A stretch of 64,000 nucleotides of DNA from Mytilus edulis (lineage: Eukaryota): NCBI RefSeq assembly GCF_963676685.1, contig NC_092353.1, positions 22,072,001-22,136,000 on the forward strand, written 5' to 3'. The notes below the pieces were generated by a model, which had not been told where the DNA came from, made no database searches, and was given only the letters and a program-made list of their open reading frames with translations. The stretch's first letter is position 1; every line of letters starts with the position of its first letter. This document shows positions 1 through 14,293 of this stretch, piece by piece. The translations under genes and the position numbers were made by a program.

Positions 1-1893
1 CCCTGCGGTTGAGTAGAAAATATTTATGAGTGTATAAAGCTATTATTTTTTTTCATATTTTAATACTGTCAGATACTACTAGCTTTACAGATTCCTGAAC
101 TGATGAAATATTTATTATGTTCATACTGAATACTATCCAACACACAACAGTAGGGATTGCTTGTAGAAGCATGATTCTGTAATCTTTGTGCCATTTTTAC
201 ATTTCTTGAACGGTTCGAGAAAAATGTCACTCCTCACTAGCTACATATCTGTTCTCAGCAAATGATTGGTCGAAATTTACATATGACGTTAAATCTTTTT
301 GATTTCTTCTGAATTTTCTATTCAAACGTCCTGACAAATACGACAATGCCTGATGACGTCTCATATAAAGATCACCACTTTCTGCAAATCTTTGAAAAAG
401 CAGGATAAAGATCCTTAGATAAACAGATCCACCACTATAAATCGTGTATTACGATATTTCTCCACTCTCAACAGTTGAATTTTAATTATTAAAAATGCTG
501 ACGCTTTGTACATTTAAAATTAACGGTCTCGAGTGTAGAAATATTGTAACACACTTGTTGCAGTGATGGAATGTATATTTTTAATTGCATAAATTTAATA
601 TAGTGGTATATTTTGTATTTGTATTTTATATCCTATACAGTAGATAGAAAACTATAAGTGTTGAAATGGATTAATTCAAACATTTACCAGCTTTTAAAAA
701 TGTTAAAAATAGAAAATAATGAACAATTACTGCAGATACCAAAATTTGAACCTACAAAGGTGGTAATATTGAGGCACGAATTACAGACAAAACCTCTACT
801 AATCTCGCAAAATCTTCTAAATGCTTGTCTTTTGGGGCGTTGGAATATAAATAGAAATGAAAGACAGGTACATGTAGTCAGAGTGTATTCATTCATCGCA
901 ACATGTATGAGTCGTATTGGCAATTTACTAGAAATGTTCTCAAGCAATATCAATATTAGTACCAGAACTTATTGAATATAAACTACGTAACGTTAATTGT
1001 ACTTTGAACTAGAAAGGAGTGAATGCATTATGTTCCTTAGATTCTATCTTTTTAAGACACCCACACCTTTACTAATTCAGTGCTACAATGTATTGTTTAC
1101 CAATGTGGCAGGTTATTAAATCAATTAAGATTATTAAGGAACCGTTATCTTAAATCGGTTTTGAACTTTAAAATATATGCAACTATTTACATTTAAAAGT
1201 GCACAATTTCTGATGAATGCATGGCGGCCAAATATAGTGTAATAGTTAAATGCATAAATACTTTATTATCATGCAGTTAATCTCATTCTATTTGAGCTCG
1301 TTAAGAGATAAGCTGTGCTACCATTAAATAGCAGACGAAAAGACTTATAAAAAATTAATGGCAACAATACAAGATGTATTTAATTTATTATTCTTCAAAA
1401 ATGAGATAGAAGACATTTGCAACCGCAACTTTTCCTTATTCAATCAATATATGTCAATAGTAAACATATTTATAATTATCATTGCATAATACCATCGTTT
1501 AGATCCCCTACTTCTTTTTCATTGCAATAAACTTCCATTTCCATCTAAAGTAAGGACTTAGTCAATTATTTGTACCCTGTTGTATGTCTGATGAGTACTT
1601 GGAGCGGAATGTTTAGTGATATCATTTCATAGTTCTTGTATATCTATGTTTTCACTGTGGTTGAGTGGTGATATCATTTCAAAGTACACGTATTTCTATG
1701 TTTGTCCCTGTGGTTGAGTTGAAAATTCTTATTAGTGTATAGAGCTATTATTATTATTCATAATGTTATACTGTCAGATATAACTACTTTTACAATAGGT
1801 ATACAGAATGAGATTCCTGAATTGGTTAAATATTTATTATGTTCATACTGAGAAATATCTAACAGTAGGGATTGCTTGTAGAAGCATGATTCT
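1..1893 (+). repeat. Diverged direct duplication: 1-178 vs 1706-1893
   Basis: Both run from CCCTG.GGTTGAGT.GAAAA to AACAGTAGGGATTGCTTGTAGAAGCATGATTCT. Confidence 0.8.
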
Positions 1894-4450
1894 ATTTGCA
1901 CGAATTTAATAAAGTGATATTTCATACCCAGACCTGTTTTATGATAATATTATGTTTTAACGAAATAAGAATACACACTTTAAATCTTTATTACTGGATT
2001 AATGAACTTGTAGATGCAGACCATAATATACAGTAAATGTTGTTAAAATACATATCTTAAATATAAAATGTATAAACTTTTTAAAAGACTTTTTTTGTAT
2101 TGATAGTGTTTCTCTAAAAGCTTTCTGACGGGTAACTATTAATCGTGCACCTTATACAAACTGGTGGCAATTATTGTATATAATTAGCCAACTAAAGAAA
2201 CGACACACGGCAATGAATCTACCGCATATTATAAAATTGGAAACAAGGCATAAATTTTAAAAAAAATGCCATGTTGGTCTAATGCTTACAGAATGATGTG
2301 TTTACATCATAGCCATTCATTTAATCGGAAAAAAAGTCGAAATTAAAAAAAACGATATAAGAACCTAGAATACGAAACATTTTGATTTAAGTGCCGATTT
2401 ACGTCATATTTTTCCTGTAAATAGATTTGCCCTTTGTGTTCAATAACACCTTATATTTTCACTGTCTATCTTGGTCAGATTTTCTGTATCATCTGCATCT
2501 ACTTTGGAAATGAATATTTCTCATTGGATGATTTCATACTTTTCTTTTCTACTAAGGGCAAAAGTCATAAAATGATTGAGAAAAAACAAATCCTAGTAAC
2601 AAACTTTTCCTAATAATGCGTACTTTTTATTTTTATTTTAATTTTTTTGTTCTTAAATCTTAAAATGTATAGTAATATGGGATGCTCTCCACTTTTCGAA
2701 AAGATTTTTTGAAAAGTCGAATGTTTATAACCCTGTCTCTTCAAGCCTTCGAGCGGTTTTTCCAGTTGACTCGGTATTTGTCTTCTGTTGAAACTGTTCA
2801 ACAATTCTAAGTGATTTGAGTACAATTAGCTGGACTGCAGCTTTGGATGATATATGCATTGGTGTGTTCTAAGGGAGAACGCAACAAATCGTAATACATT
2901 CTTACATGGTTAGATTGATTGCCGTACCTATACATGTTCATAGAACGAAAAAATGTTCAATTTGAAGAGAAAATAGAATCAATATATTTTCTTGCAGACA
3001 AAGATATATCTCAGAATTTAACATTTTATTAAAAAAAAAGCACATAATCAAAAATCAAACTCATATTTTACTAGTGCAACGACAAACAGAAGGCCAAAGC
3101 ACGATGTAATAATATAAGTACAAAGAACTTTGTAAAAGTAAATTAAAATTATGAATATCTATAAAAAACCAAATGATAATTGTACTAAGTTTGATCTACA
3201 GTATAAATCAAGTATGTAAGTAAACAAAAAAAAGGTATCTTGGTAACAGTGGATTTTACATAGATCTTTGCACTTCTCTTAATTCAAACCCTTGAACCTG
3301 ATTTTGATTCCTTCACCTTGGGAAAGTAATGATTGTTGATATAAATTGTTAAAGGATTTTTCATTCCACCTCGAAACTTACAACTTGAACCAATCGACAT
3401 AAACCAGAATGTTTGGAAATATCCTTGTTTGAACGAGGTATTTGTTTTGTTATAAGAGTAAACATTCAAGGTGACCATGAAACAGTTTACAAACAACACT
3501 ATAAGGACATGATTTAGACAAATACCTCTTTGGATAGGAAACAAAGAAACTTAACTTTCAGTACGTGCTGTTAAATATTACAAACAGTGGTTGTTGTATC
3601 CTTTACGAAGCGTTAAAGGTTCCATCTTGTAAATGATAATACACAGTCTGGATGAAGTCTATAAACCACAATTTAAATATAATTAGTATTTGCGTTTTTT
3701 TTTAATTTTATATATTGCAACTCTTGGTGGACCATAAGGTTATTGCACTAGCTTTGCACTATTTTACCAGGAACAGAACTCTATATCATCATACCGTACG
3801 CCAACTTGGGAATGCAAATAGGATATAGTCTTGACATCTATAATCTATTTGTGTATTGAGTAAAAATTACATGGAAAACAAGATTATTCAATTTAAAGCC
3901 ATACTTAATGCTCAGATGAAGCTCTTTTTTAATTGTTGTAAAAGTTGTTAACTTCACTCTTCATCAGGTAATAATATATTCCATGTAAAATTTGACTCAA
4001 CTTTAGTGAAGTATTGTTATGCTATACGCGTTGCACCAAATATATCAAATCGTCTAATGTAACAGAATTGTTGTTAATAAAATAAAATTGTAAATTTTTT
4101 TCTCCATTGTAAAATTAAATATTTACGGTCGTCAATCATCTTCATGTCATAACATAAATTAACGACTAACATATATCTTTGTACTAAGTGTAACTATAAT
4201 TTTATCACCGTATGTTATTTTCGAAATGAATATGTATTTTGGAAATGGAAAGTTTATATTTGATCTGGCTAGCTGTGAAAAGTACTAATGTTACTGTTTA
4301 CAAATATAACCGCCGCTGTACTTTGCAAAACCTCTAAGCGATTTGGGCAATATGCAATGCTCTACAACTTCGTCATCTATTGTGCCTTTTTTTTCGAGCG
4401 ACCTTGAGTCTTTTGTATACAAGCCGGACGTCTCTCATGCACAATTTCTT

Positions 4451-4945
4451 CTTCATATTTAGACTTTTTTCTCGAAATGACTACTGATGGTAGGTTAAAT
4501 ACAAAAATTTATGACAAACGCGATGATTTTAATTTTCCAATAGTCAACTTTCTATTACTGTGTAGCAAAATCCCAGCGGCACCAGCATATGGAGTATATG
4601 TGTCTCAATTGATACGTCACTCTAGAGATAGCTTAAACTACGTTGATTTTGTTGAACGAGGAATACTGCTTTCTCAAAAGTTGCTAAGACAGAGTTATGA
4701 ATCAATCAAATTAAGATCATCACTCATGAAAGTTTACGGTTCCCATCATGAGCTGATTGGCCATTATGACAAAAGTGTGTCCGAAATCATATCTGATATT
4801 CTTCCTCAGTCACAATAACCTCCCATCATTACGGAACTGAACAAAGAAATAACACGACGGGTGCCGTATACGGTGGAGAAAATGCTTACCATTCCGGAGC
4901 ACCTGATTTCACGCCCGGTTTTTAGCGGAGTTCGTGTTGTTTCTT
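4451..4945 (+). mobile_element. Penelope-like element (PLE), 5'-truncated: RT thumb region and partial 3'UTR
   Basis: SYLD...TKIYDKRDDFNFPIVNF...IPAAPAYGVYVSQLIR, paralogous to the PLE RT at 41436-42110. Confidence 0.85.
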
Positions 4946-4956
4946 ATTTATTATTT

Positions 4957-5875
4957 ATAAAAGAGGGACGAAAGATACCAAAGGGACAGTCAAACTCATA
5001 AATCTAAAACAAACTGACAACGCCATAGCTAAAAATGAAAAAGACAAACAGAAAAACAATAGTACACATGACACAACATAGAAAACTAAAGAATAAACAA
5101 CACGAACCCCACCAAAAACTAGGGGTGATCTCAGGTGCTCCGGAAGGGTAAGCAGATCCTGCTTAACATGTGGCACCCATCGTGTTGCTTATGTGATTAC
5201 AAATCCGGTAAATAGTCTAATTCGGTAGGTCACATTCTTGAAAGGAAAGGGGATTGTAGTTACGATGTAAGGAACATATCCGATATCATTTGTGAAACGG
5301 TTATTCCATAACGGTCAACCAACTCGTGATGGCGTCCGTAAAATTTACGAAGGGATGATTTCAACTTCACCATTTGGAACTCTTGGTTTAATAGCTTCCT
5401 TGTGAGCAGTAAACCTCTATCAAGAAAATCATGATACGAAATGCAAGCACGGGAATATCGTATCAATTGAGAGATATATACCCCGTATGCAGGTGCTGCT
5501 GGAATGTTGCTACTTAGAAATGGAAAGTTCACAATTGGAAAGCTGAAATCATCGCTTTTGTCGTAAAGTTTTGTTTTCAACCGACCCTCATTGTCAATTT
5601 CTTGATGTAAGTCAAGATATGAATCCGACTTAACTGTATCTGTAGTATCCTTTATCTCCAATTCCATGGGATAGATGCGTTCCACATAGTCACCAAATTT
5701 TGAATTGTTTAGTGAAAGAACGTCATCTATATAGCGGAAAGTAGAGTTAAAGGATATTGCTAACTTCTTATCTTTCTTCCTAAGAGGTTCCTGCATGAAG
5801 TCAGTCTCATAATAATATAGAAACAAGTCGGCAAGTAGAGGGGCACAGTTTGTTCCCATTGGGATGCCGACAGTT
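4957..5875 (-). mobile_element. PLE family A, 5'-truncated (RT motifs B-C, thumb, 3'UTR)
   Basis: ORF 5260-5859 MGTNCAPLLADLFL...FRYIDD...PAYGVYISQLIRYSRAC. Near-identical to 41500-42407, including the 3' end CTTTCGTCCCTCTTTT. Confidence 0.92.
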
Positions 5876-5879
5876 TATG

Positions 5880-6260
5880 TAAAAAGTAAAATCACAAAAA
5901 TACTGAACTCCAAGGAAAATTCAAAATGGAAAGTCCCCAATCAAATGCCAAAATCAAAAGTTCAAACACATCAAACGAATGGATAACATTGTCATATTCC
6001 TGACTTGGGATAGGCATTTTCTTATGTGGAAAATGGTGGATTGAAACTGGTTTTATAGCTAGCTAAACCTCTCACTTGTATGACAGTCGCATCAAATTCC
6101 CTTATATTGTCACCGATGCGTGAACAAAACAATCAGACATAATAGGTAAAAATGTCAAAATAGGGGTACAGCAGTCAACATTGTGTTATCATCTTAATCA
6201 CTATAAAAACAACAAATGTAACAAAGAAGCACAAAAAGGCATACATCAAAAATCCTCATT
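5880..6260 (-). repeat. Family D interspersed repeat (PLE 3' tail); further copies at ~8730-8940, 12360-12490, 15465-15605, 24765-24960, 49831-49950, 50155-50820
   Basis: Recurrent AAAAAGTAAAATCACAAAAATACTGAACTCC...CACATCAAACGAATGGATAACAACTGTCATATTCCTGACTTGG. Confidence 0.8.
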
Positions 6261-9200
6261 ATGCTTTTATTATACAATTTTATTTATCTACGTAAAATGC
6301 ACCCATAAAGGATGGAAGGTTTTAAGTACTGTCGTAAAATTGCGCGTATTACCAAGCAAACATACGATCTTAAATTATTTCTTTATAAATATAAAAAATA
6401 AGGAGATGTGGTATAATTGTCGTTGAGACATCTATCTACCAATGTTCAAATAGAGTAAATGTAGGAATTTAAGGCAACCGTACGGTCTTCGCCAATGAGA
6501 AAAATCCATATCTATGGTCGGCTATAAAGGCACCGCCATGAAAAATATGAAACAGTTCAATTAGAAAACATACAGCATATTTGATTAAGAAACAGTTTAC
6601 GAACAAATGCATAGCACAAAGATGAAATAACGACAACCATTGAGCGACAGTCTCCTGACTAAGGACAGACACATAAAGAATTTGGCGGGGTTAATCAGTT
6701 TAATAAGGTTAGTTTAATCAACCAACTAATTTCTATCTTGTGAAATATTTGATAACATCTTATCCGTCTTCTCTGGTATTGGAAACTATAGCTGCAAAAT
6801 ATCAAGGTTTCCTTGTTGATGTTAAATTTCAATTCGATAAATGCATTCGATATATATATTACAAACACCGCAATGTCGATCATTGTAGTTATTCATAATT
6901 GTTATTGCTTTTCATGCTTAAGCTATACCTTAACAATATGAGTTTTGATCATCATTTTGAAGGCTATACGATGACATGAATAGTTATTTGCACCTTCGTC
7001 GTTTAGTAATTGGTGGATAGTTTTGTCATTGGAAGTATTTAACAGTATTTAACAGTCTCTGGGACAAGTTTACGATTCCACTGAGTGCAAAAGTTGCTAC
7101 CTTAGATATTTGGTCAAAATGAAGTGGATAACTTGGTTGGTATTGGTTCCCTGATATTTGTCCTAAAATAAATTCACTCTAGCACCACTGTTTAAAACAT
7201 TATGCCTTTTTATTACAAATTTCCTCAGAGGATAAAAAAAATCAGGGATCGAATACCAAAGAAGTAATCAAGTTTATTTTGAACTACCTCCAAAAATTCA
7301 GGTGACAACTTTTGCACTAAACTTTTCCCGGAGACTACTAATACCACATCTTATTCTTATTCTTATATGACTGTCTTTTCAGTTCTTACGTATTTTAAAA
7401 ATGTATAATCTATTGTTTTATGAAGAACCTGCGATGTCTCTTCATATTTAAAAAATGTCTTGTTGTTAATTTGCTTAAAGCTTGACATAACCATACTACA
7501 AAATGTATTTGGTTTTGATAAATGCAGTTTTTATATCTTGAAATGCATGACTCATTTAGAGCTCATAAATATCTTGGCTCAAGATGATACTGTAAGATCC
7601 TTAGAAATATTTTCTTGCAAAAACACAAACATATAATTTGTTTCATATGACAACCTTATTACACTTTAAATTGTTTTTTATCTCAATATTAGCGTGGACG
7701 GAATATTAATGTAACTGTATGAATTCATTTGATATCATTAGAATTAAACGATATATGTTGATGTTATATTTGTTTTTGTTGAAAAGAAAAAACCAAGGTT
7801 GCTCCGAGATTTGATAGCCCTCTGCAATAAATACTATATATTGGTTCGTTAACATCTGAACTAAGAATTGAAATTTTGCTATTTGATCACAAGATACCTC
7901 CCAAGTAAAATTAGTGCAGCATGCTCCAGGAGTGCACAGGAGTTCATTCATCGATATATTATCAGAGTACACAAAAACGTTGTAGTCGTTAAAACTTGAT
8001 GACATTGTAAAAAAAATACGTAACCAGTACTGTTCAAGGTTTAAGGTGGTTAATACACGTTTTATTATTAGACGAAACATGTGGTTACGTATTTTTAACA
8101 ATATCATCAAGTTTCACGACTACAATGGATAAGACAAAAATTAATTCAACGGAAATCACTGATATATGTTTTTGTTGGTAATTTCCCTTAAATTCACATT
8201 TTTGATATTGGTTTTTTATTGGTAAAACATTCACGTACAAAAAAGAAACGAAGTTATACCATAATATATTAGACATCGTCCGTGTTATTTGTAGTTTTCT
8301 TAACGCAAGTAGGCAGAAAAACAAATAAAATCGACGAACAATTTATGGTATTCTCCAAAAAAAAACCACAAACGTGAATGATATTTTCAAACTAATTGTT
8401 ATTATGTTAACGTCTATGATATTTCAAAAGTTAGCCATGTTTCTTAAATTGCGACCTGTGAGCTAGCATTTCATAAACTCAGTCAGTTTCAGTGGAGTGC
8501 AAATGATGGTTTATTTGAAGTTTTTTTGAAAAAATATAAAGCTGGAGAACGACCCTAAATCCATATAATACTCTGTCTATCCGACAATGAAAGGTTTTAC
8601 TGATTGAAGGCCTTAATATGGCTCCTGGTCCTATTTTATCATTTAAAATATCTAACTGAGCTGTTTGTCTTGGTGGCTGGATCCAAGTGACTTCCACATA
8701 AACATCTTATGTCTGTTTGGTTTCTCACCCAATTTTTGTCAATATAACGCAACTATAAGCAACTGACATACAAGTGGGAAGTTGAACTAGCTTCAACACT
8801 AAAACAAAATTCGAAAATTCCTGTTCTGTGTAAGGAATAAGATAGTTGTTTTTACATTCCGTTTGTTGATAACCTTTGGTTTGGTCAGGTTTTTTTTTAT
8901 TGCTTCCTCTTTCTGAATTAGAGTTTGGTATTATTGTCATAGTTTTTATGATGTGATCTAAGTCAAATTGCATTATACACATGCAGTGATTGTTAATGTT
9001 TATTAAAAAGGTTTCAAATCAAAAAATTAAATTCAGCTGCGATTTGACCTCGTTTTGCCCTCTCTCTCTATCCACATTAAGTCCATTAAAATCATAGGAA
9101 ATAGTGTTTTAGACGTATAGTAGTGAGAACAAGGAATTTATTTTAGATTTTCTGTCGTTAAGTACTGAAATTCACTCCTCAAATATGCAAAACACAGAGA

Positions 9201-10504
9201 TTATGTTGAGATTTGACAAACTTCCTGTTTTTGACCACATGTAGGTCTATATAATTTAGAGCCCGGGTTTCGACAAACTTAACATATTCAATCCAGATAG
9301 TGTATTCATTTGTTAAATTATTCACATGTTATTATACTGACCAAATTGGGTGAGCAAATCAAACAGACACAAAAGGTTAATGTTGCAATAAGTGGGATTC
9401 AGCAACCAAATTCAAAGAAACATACAAATGAATCTAGCAAAGACTAAAAGAACCCAGATTTTCGTTGATAGATAACTTGACAAAGACACCAAAAACAATG
9501 TTTGTAGTTGATATTGAATTGACAAAGAGCGATTAAAAAAATTATTTGTAATTGATTGTCAATACCGTATGTAGTATACATTTTCTTGGTAAAGTATAGA
9601 TGAAGCATCTTTAAACAACCAAGCTCTCAGAAGGTATTGAAAGAAATACGTCATACGGGATGAAGACATATATATCACTAAGACTTATGGAATTTGGAAT
9701 GTAACTTTGAAGGGAAGATTTAGATAAAACTGTTCCTATCTGTTTGTGCTAAAAGGTCCGGGTACAATTTAACAAACTTTTAATGTTTGCCTATTTGTTA
9801 GTATTTCATAATCATTTAGTGCTATTAACATAATATACGTTTGCTCTTACAAAAACAAGTCAAATCTAAAGCCTAACATTCACATATTAAAATTCTTAGG
9901 ATTCCTTCCGGATTTTTCTTAAAATTTTAATTACGCATAACTATCGGAAATGTAAAAAAAAATCATCATTTAAAAAATCTCTGCCTTCATACCAACAATC
10001 AACCAATAGGATTAAATTTGATCCTATGTTAGTTTAATTTCATTCTTGACAATACAGGAAGTTGTTTATTTATGTTTTCCTTTTTTTTTTAATTACAAAT
10101 ATATTTGTGATATTAGAATTATCCAATATCCTTTTACAAAAATATCAGCAAAACATATTTTGTAAAACAAAATATAATAAATATCAAATGGCAAGAACAA
10201 TGAACTATATAATTTGACTTTTACAAAACCACATAAAAAAATAATTGTATAATATCTAATTATAAATGACAATTGATTTGAAAATAACACAAAAATATGT
10301 ATATAATCTAATTATAAATGATTAGTAAAATCACATTATTTAAAAGGAGACAGGCTCCAAAGAGTATTTTATTTGACTCAAATTAATATGAATTATTCTT
10401 TTGTGAATAGTATTAGTTTTGATAGTAAACATTTGAGTAATGTAATTACATTTAGTGTACTGGTTTCTAGCAATTGCTATTATTAGATCGCCATCAGTCG
10501 AATA

Positions 10505-11048
10505 TAGATTAAACGCGTGTCTTGCGCTCAAGTTTATAAACCTGGTATATATTATGAGTTTTTACAACCACTTGGTCTATGTCACTGTTTGTAACTTGTG
10601 AGGTCTGACTTAAAATACCATGTTTGTGCATGTACTGTTCAATGTCATATTCGAATAATTTAGTGATCATGAACATAAAAGTCCTTTGAAATACTAACGT
10701 TTTTCTTACTCTGATAATTCCCACCCTCCCCGTGTCTGATTTCTCCTACGCGTTAATGCAGTCATCGAATATCAGCGGAATTAAACGTCTGATTTATGCG
10801 AGTTGAGGGTTTTTTTTTCTAAGGTATTACATTTGCTATTTTCTAAACAAAATATAATACCTCAGGTTAAGTCAGGTGGCTACTGTCTCGTAGGATGGAT
10901 ATATATGATACAATTAATGCTCTTCAACTTTTAATCTAAATTTGACCTTTTCACACTTTTGTTTCTCGAGCGTCACTGATCAGACTTTCTCGAAGAAGCA
11001 CGTGTCTGTCGCACATACATTTAATCACGATATCTATGAAAATGTTAT
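10505..11048 (+). repeat. Degenerate hammerhead-ribozyme-bearing (retrozyme/PLE-like) repeat unit
   Basis: AAACGCGTGTCTTGCG at 10511 and GCGTCACTGATCAGAC...GAAGCACGTGTCTG at 10970-11007. A related copy lies at 4350-4446. Confidence 0.5.
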
Positions 11049-14000
11049 TCCGATGCACACATAACTTCTCATGAGGAAAGTTGAACGTAGTATCTGCATA
11101 TATCTACTGTTGCAACAAACTAATGAAACTACACTTTCCTGTTTGGTTTAGTCAATTCATTGACGTTTCATTAGATTTGGATTGTTAAATCTTTCCGCCT
11201 CAAGCATCATTTAAGAGACTTTAATCGTAAAAATGCACATCTGTTGTTTTTAAATAGGTACCGTTTATGGTATTCTCTGGTGATGGTTTTTTATATGTGT
11301 ACTCAGGGCTCTGTGTGTTTGGCAATACATATACAAACTTACTTGAAGATTTAAATATGAAAAAGAAGATGTGGTATGATTGCCAATGAGACAACAATCC
11401 ACAAGAGACCAAAATGACACAGACATTAACAACTATAAACCACCGTACGGCCTTCAACAATGAGCAAAGCCCATACCGCATAGTCAGCAGTATGGGCTTT
11501 GTCTGATTATTGAAAACATGTAGATTCATTGCAAACATTGATTATTCTTCATCGATTCTGATATTGAAAATATACTTAGTTCCACCTTGAAATTTACCCA
11601 ATTCACCAAGAAGTGTCTATAAAATGAGGTTCACATCTGCTAAAAATGCATGAATTACAATCCTGCCGAAAATTCCTTCTGACTATTTTGAACTCTTCGA
11701 CACTGGTTCTATTTGCTATAACAGTGGGTTCCACCACAAGGAAATGCGTGTACCAAGTCATGAAATTTCAATCCTGGTATCTATGATGAGTTTATTTCCA
11801 TACTTTTGATGGGTTTGAGCGTTTGATATTGCTTGAAGTTTAATTTGTTTTTATTTTACTTTTTACTACCCTTTATTTATAAATTTCTTTTCCCCGCTTG
11901 TCAACTACAACTAAAAGATAATATGTGAATGGCACTTACGAATACATATTTATCAGTTAATATTCAGAGAGGATTCATAATATATCATTTCATTTAAAAG
12001 GCAAACATTAGAGCACATGTAAATGCATTATATGATTACTTGAAGTATACTGTATAGAGCACACATATTCATTTATATGTAGTAAGTAATTTATAAAAAA
12101 TGAAGAAAAAAAAATATATACTATTCTTTTCCAGATATATCATACCTACTTGCCCTTTAATGAGTGCATAATCATCTATATAAATATGATATGTTGTATC
12201 AGTGTGTGCTAAAAGCCATTTCACGTATTGAGCGGATCGTTTAAGTTTTGTAAATAACGAAAACCTATGCCTGTGTTTAGTCTTCATGTATGTTGATTAA
12301 CATTTCATCTACGTTTACTAAATATTAATGTCCTTTCTTTACTATTAAAACCTCAATTGCTAAGTCAGGAATAGGACCGTTGTTTTCCATTCTTTTGATG
12401 TGTTTGAGCTATAATATTGATTCTGCCATTTCATTAGAGACTTTGATTTTTGAATTTTCCATTGAGTTCAGTATTTTTGTGATTTCACTTTTAAAAGAAT
12501 GTATAGTAACATGAGAACTTCAATCGTTGTTTTGTTTGTTTGTTCGGTATTGTAATAAAGTTAGGAGGAAAATAACAAAAACACAAAGAAAAATTTCTAA
12601 CGAAAAGTACCTCAACAAATTGATCAATCGAATGCTCAAACACATCAAATAAATGAAAAACAACTGTAATTGAATACTGTTCGGTGTGATAGTGGTCAAT
12701 ACTAGACGCTAGGTATATATGAACTCATGAAATGATCCGGCAAAGAAACATTTCCTATGCAGATTTTTTCTCTCTTTTGAAAAATTATAGATAGAACGAA
12801 TGAGCGAGAAAGCACGCTCGCATTGTTCACGAATGATTATCTATAAAATAGAAAAATTATTATTAATATATTTATAAATTACCATACGAAAAGATGTGGG
12901 TGTAAAATATGCATACAAAGACAATGATTTAAACTATTTTCATAAAGTTAAATTATGCAATCAAGTAAAAAAACAGTATGAAAATGATGTATGATTTGAT
13001 CAGGTACTAGGTACAAGTTAATTGATTATATAGACATCAATCTACACAAGTCATTATCTCATCAAGTATGCACTTTAATTTATGACTAACAAATCAATCA
13101 ATCGGCATTAACACGACCATAAATAGAAACACTTTTGCCAGAACGTGGTCAATGTAATGTGATAAAATATTATTTATCGCTTTTTAATGCAGCCCAAACA
13201 ATATAATAAAAGGCTCTTTACAATATACTGTCTCGTTTTAATTTCGATCATTATCACTTAAATCGTTTTCAATAAGCCGTTCGTTGATACCTTCGTTGTG
13301 TATAAGTAAGGAGATTGCAAAGGTCTTTAGTAATTTGCGGTTACATTATTCGTGGCTCAATGGTCATATCGACATTAGACTATTAGGTCAAAGGATTATG
13401 ACTGTCGTAAAAGGGATAATTAAAAAGCAAAAACGAGAAATTCTAGTGTTCAATTTAGACAAAGAGCTTACTTGTGGAATAGAACAACCCAAATCAATGC
13501 AGAAAAGGGGTACTTTCCGTCTTTGAAGTAGATTAATTAGAGATAGGTGCTATTTAACTTGATATATTAAATATAAGTTGAAGTCTAGAAATGTTTTCCT
13601 CATTCAGTTAAACAATACGATTTCAAACTGATACAAAACTAAATATATGTTATTTATGTATTATAGAGAAAATATTGTCAAATATTTTCAAACATGTGTA
13701 GACCAAATAATTCTGACAGTCGTCTAGCAATTTGAAGAAGGATACTAAAAAAATATTTCTCTATGTAATTCAATTTTTATAGTAGTTTTGAGAATTCGAG
13801 TGAAGCTTTATAAAAAAAGTGAAAAAATAGAAAGTCATGGATATCAAACGAGCATATGAACCTTGGTTACAGACTAATGTCCAGAAGTCATAAATTTTCG
13901 TTATATATTAACAAATCAGATTTATCTCCCATGGGTTATGTTAACGATAATTGAACTTCCTAAGAATAGGAACATTCGTTAATACCAAAACATTGTAAAT

Positions 14001-14140
14001 ATATTAGACTAGGATTAATCTATAATATGTCCTTAAGAATTGTATTTTCAACAAAGAAAAAGTGGTTGTCCAGTCATTTTAATTAATCGTAGAATATTGT
14101 TTATTTTCATGGCGTATTTCTGTGTAACATTTATAACTTA

Positions 14141-14293
14141 TGGGGTTCGTGTTGCTTATTCTTTAGTTTTCTATATTGTATTATGTGTTCTACTGTTTGT
14201 CTGTTTGTCTTCTTTCAATTTTAGCAAGACGTTGTCAGTTTATTTTCGATTTATGAGTTTGACTGTCCTTCTGGTATCTTTCGTCCCTCTTTT
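14141..14293 (+). mobile_element. PLE family A 3'-terminal fragment
   Basis: Matches 42258-42407 (GGGGTTCGTGTTG...CTTTCGTCCCTCTTTT). Confidence 0.8.

Noticed and set aside
1588-1610. CTGATGAG hammerhead core (also on the minus strand at ~45942-45949)
   Set aside because: No stem II followed by GAAA could be built.
4955-5176. Hydrophobic 'membrane protein' ORFs (also 14040, 16498, 39036, 45455, 45705, 50297, 57609)
   Set aside because: They lie in T-rich strands of interspersed repeat tails and are not genes.
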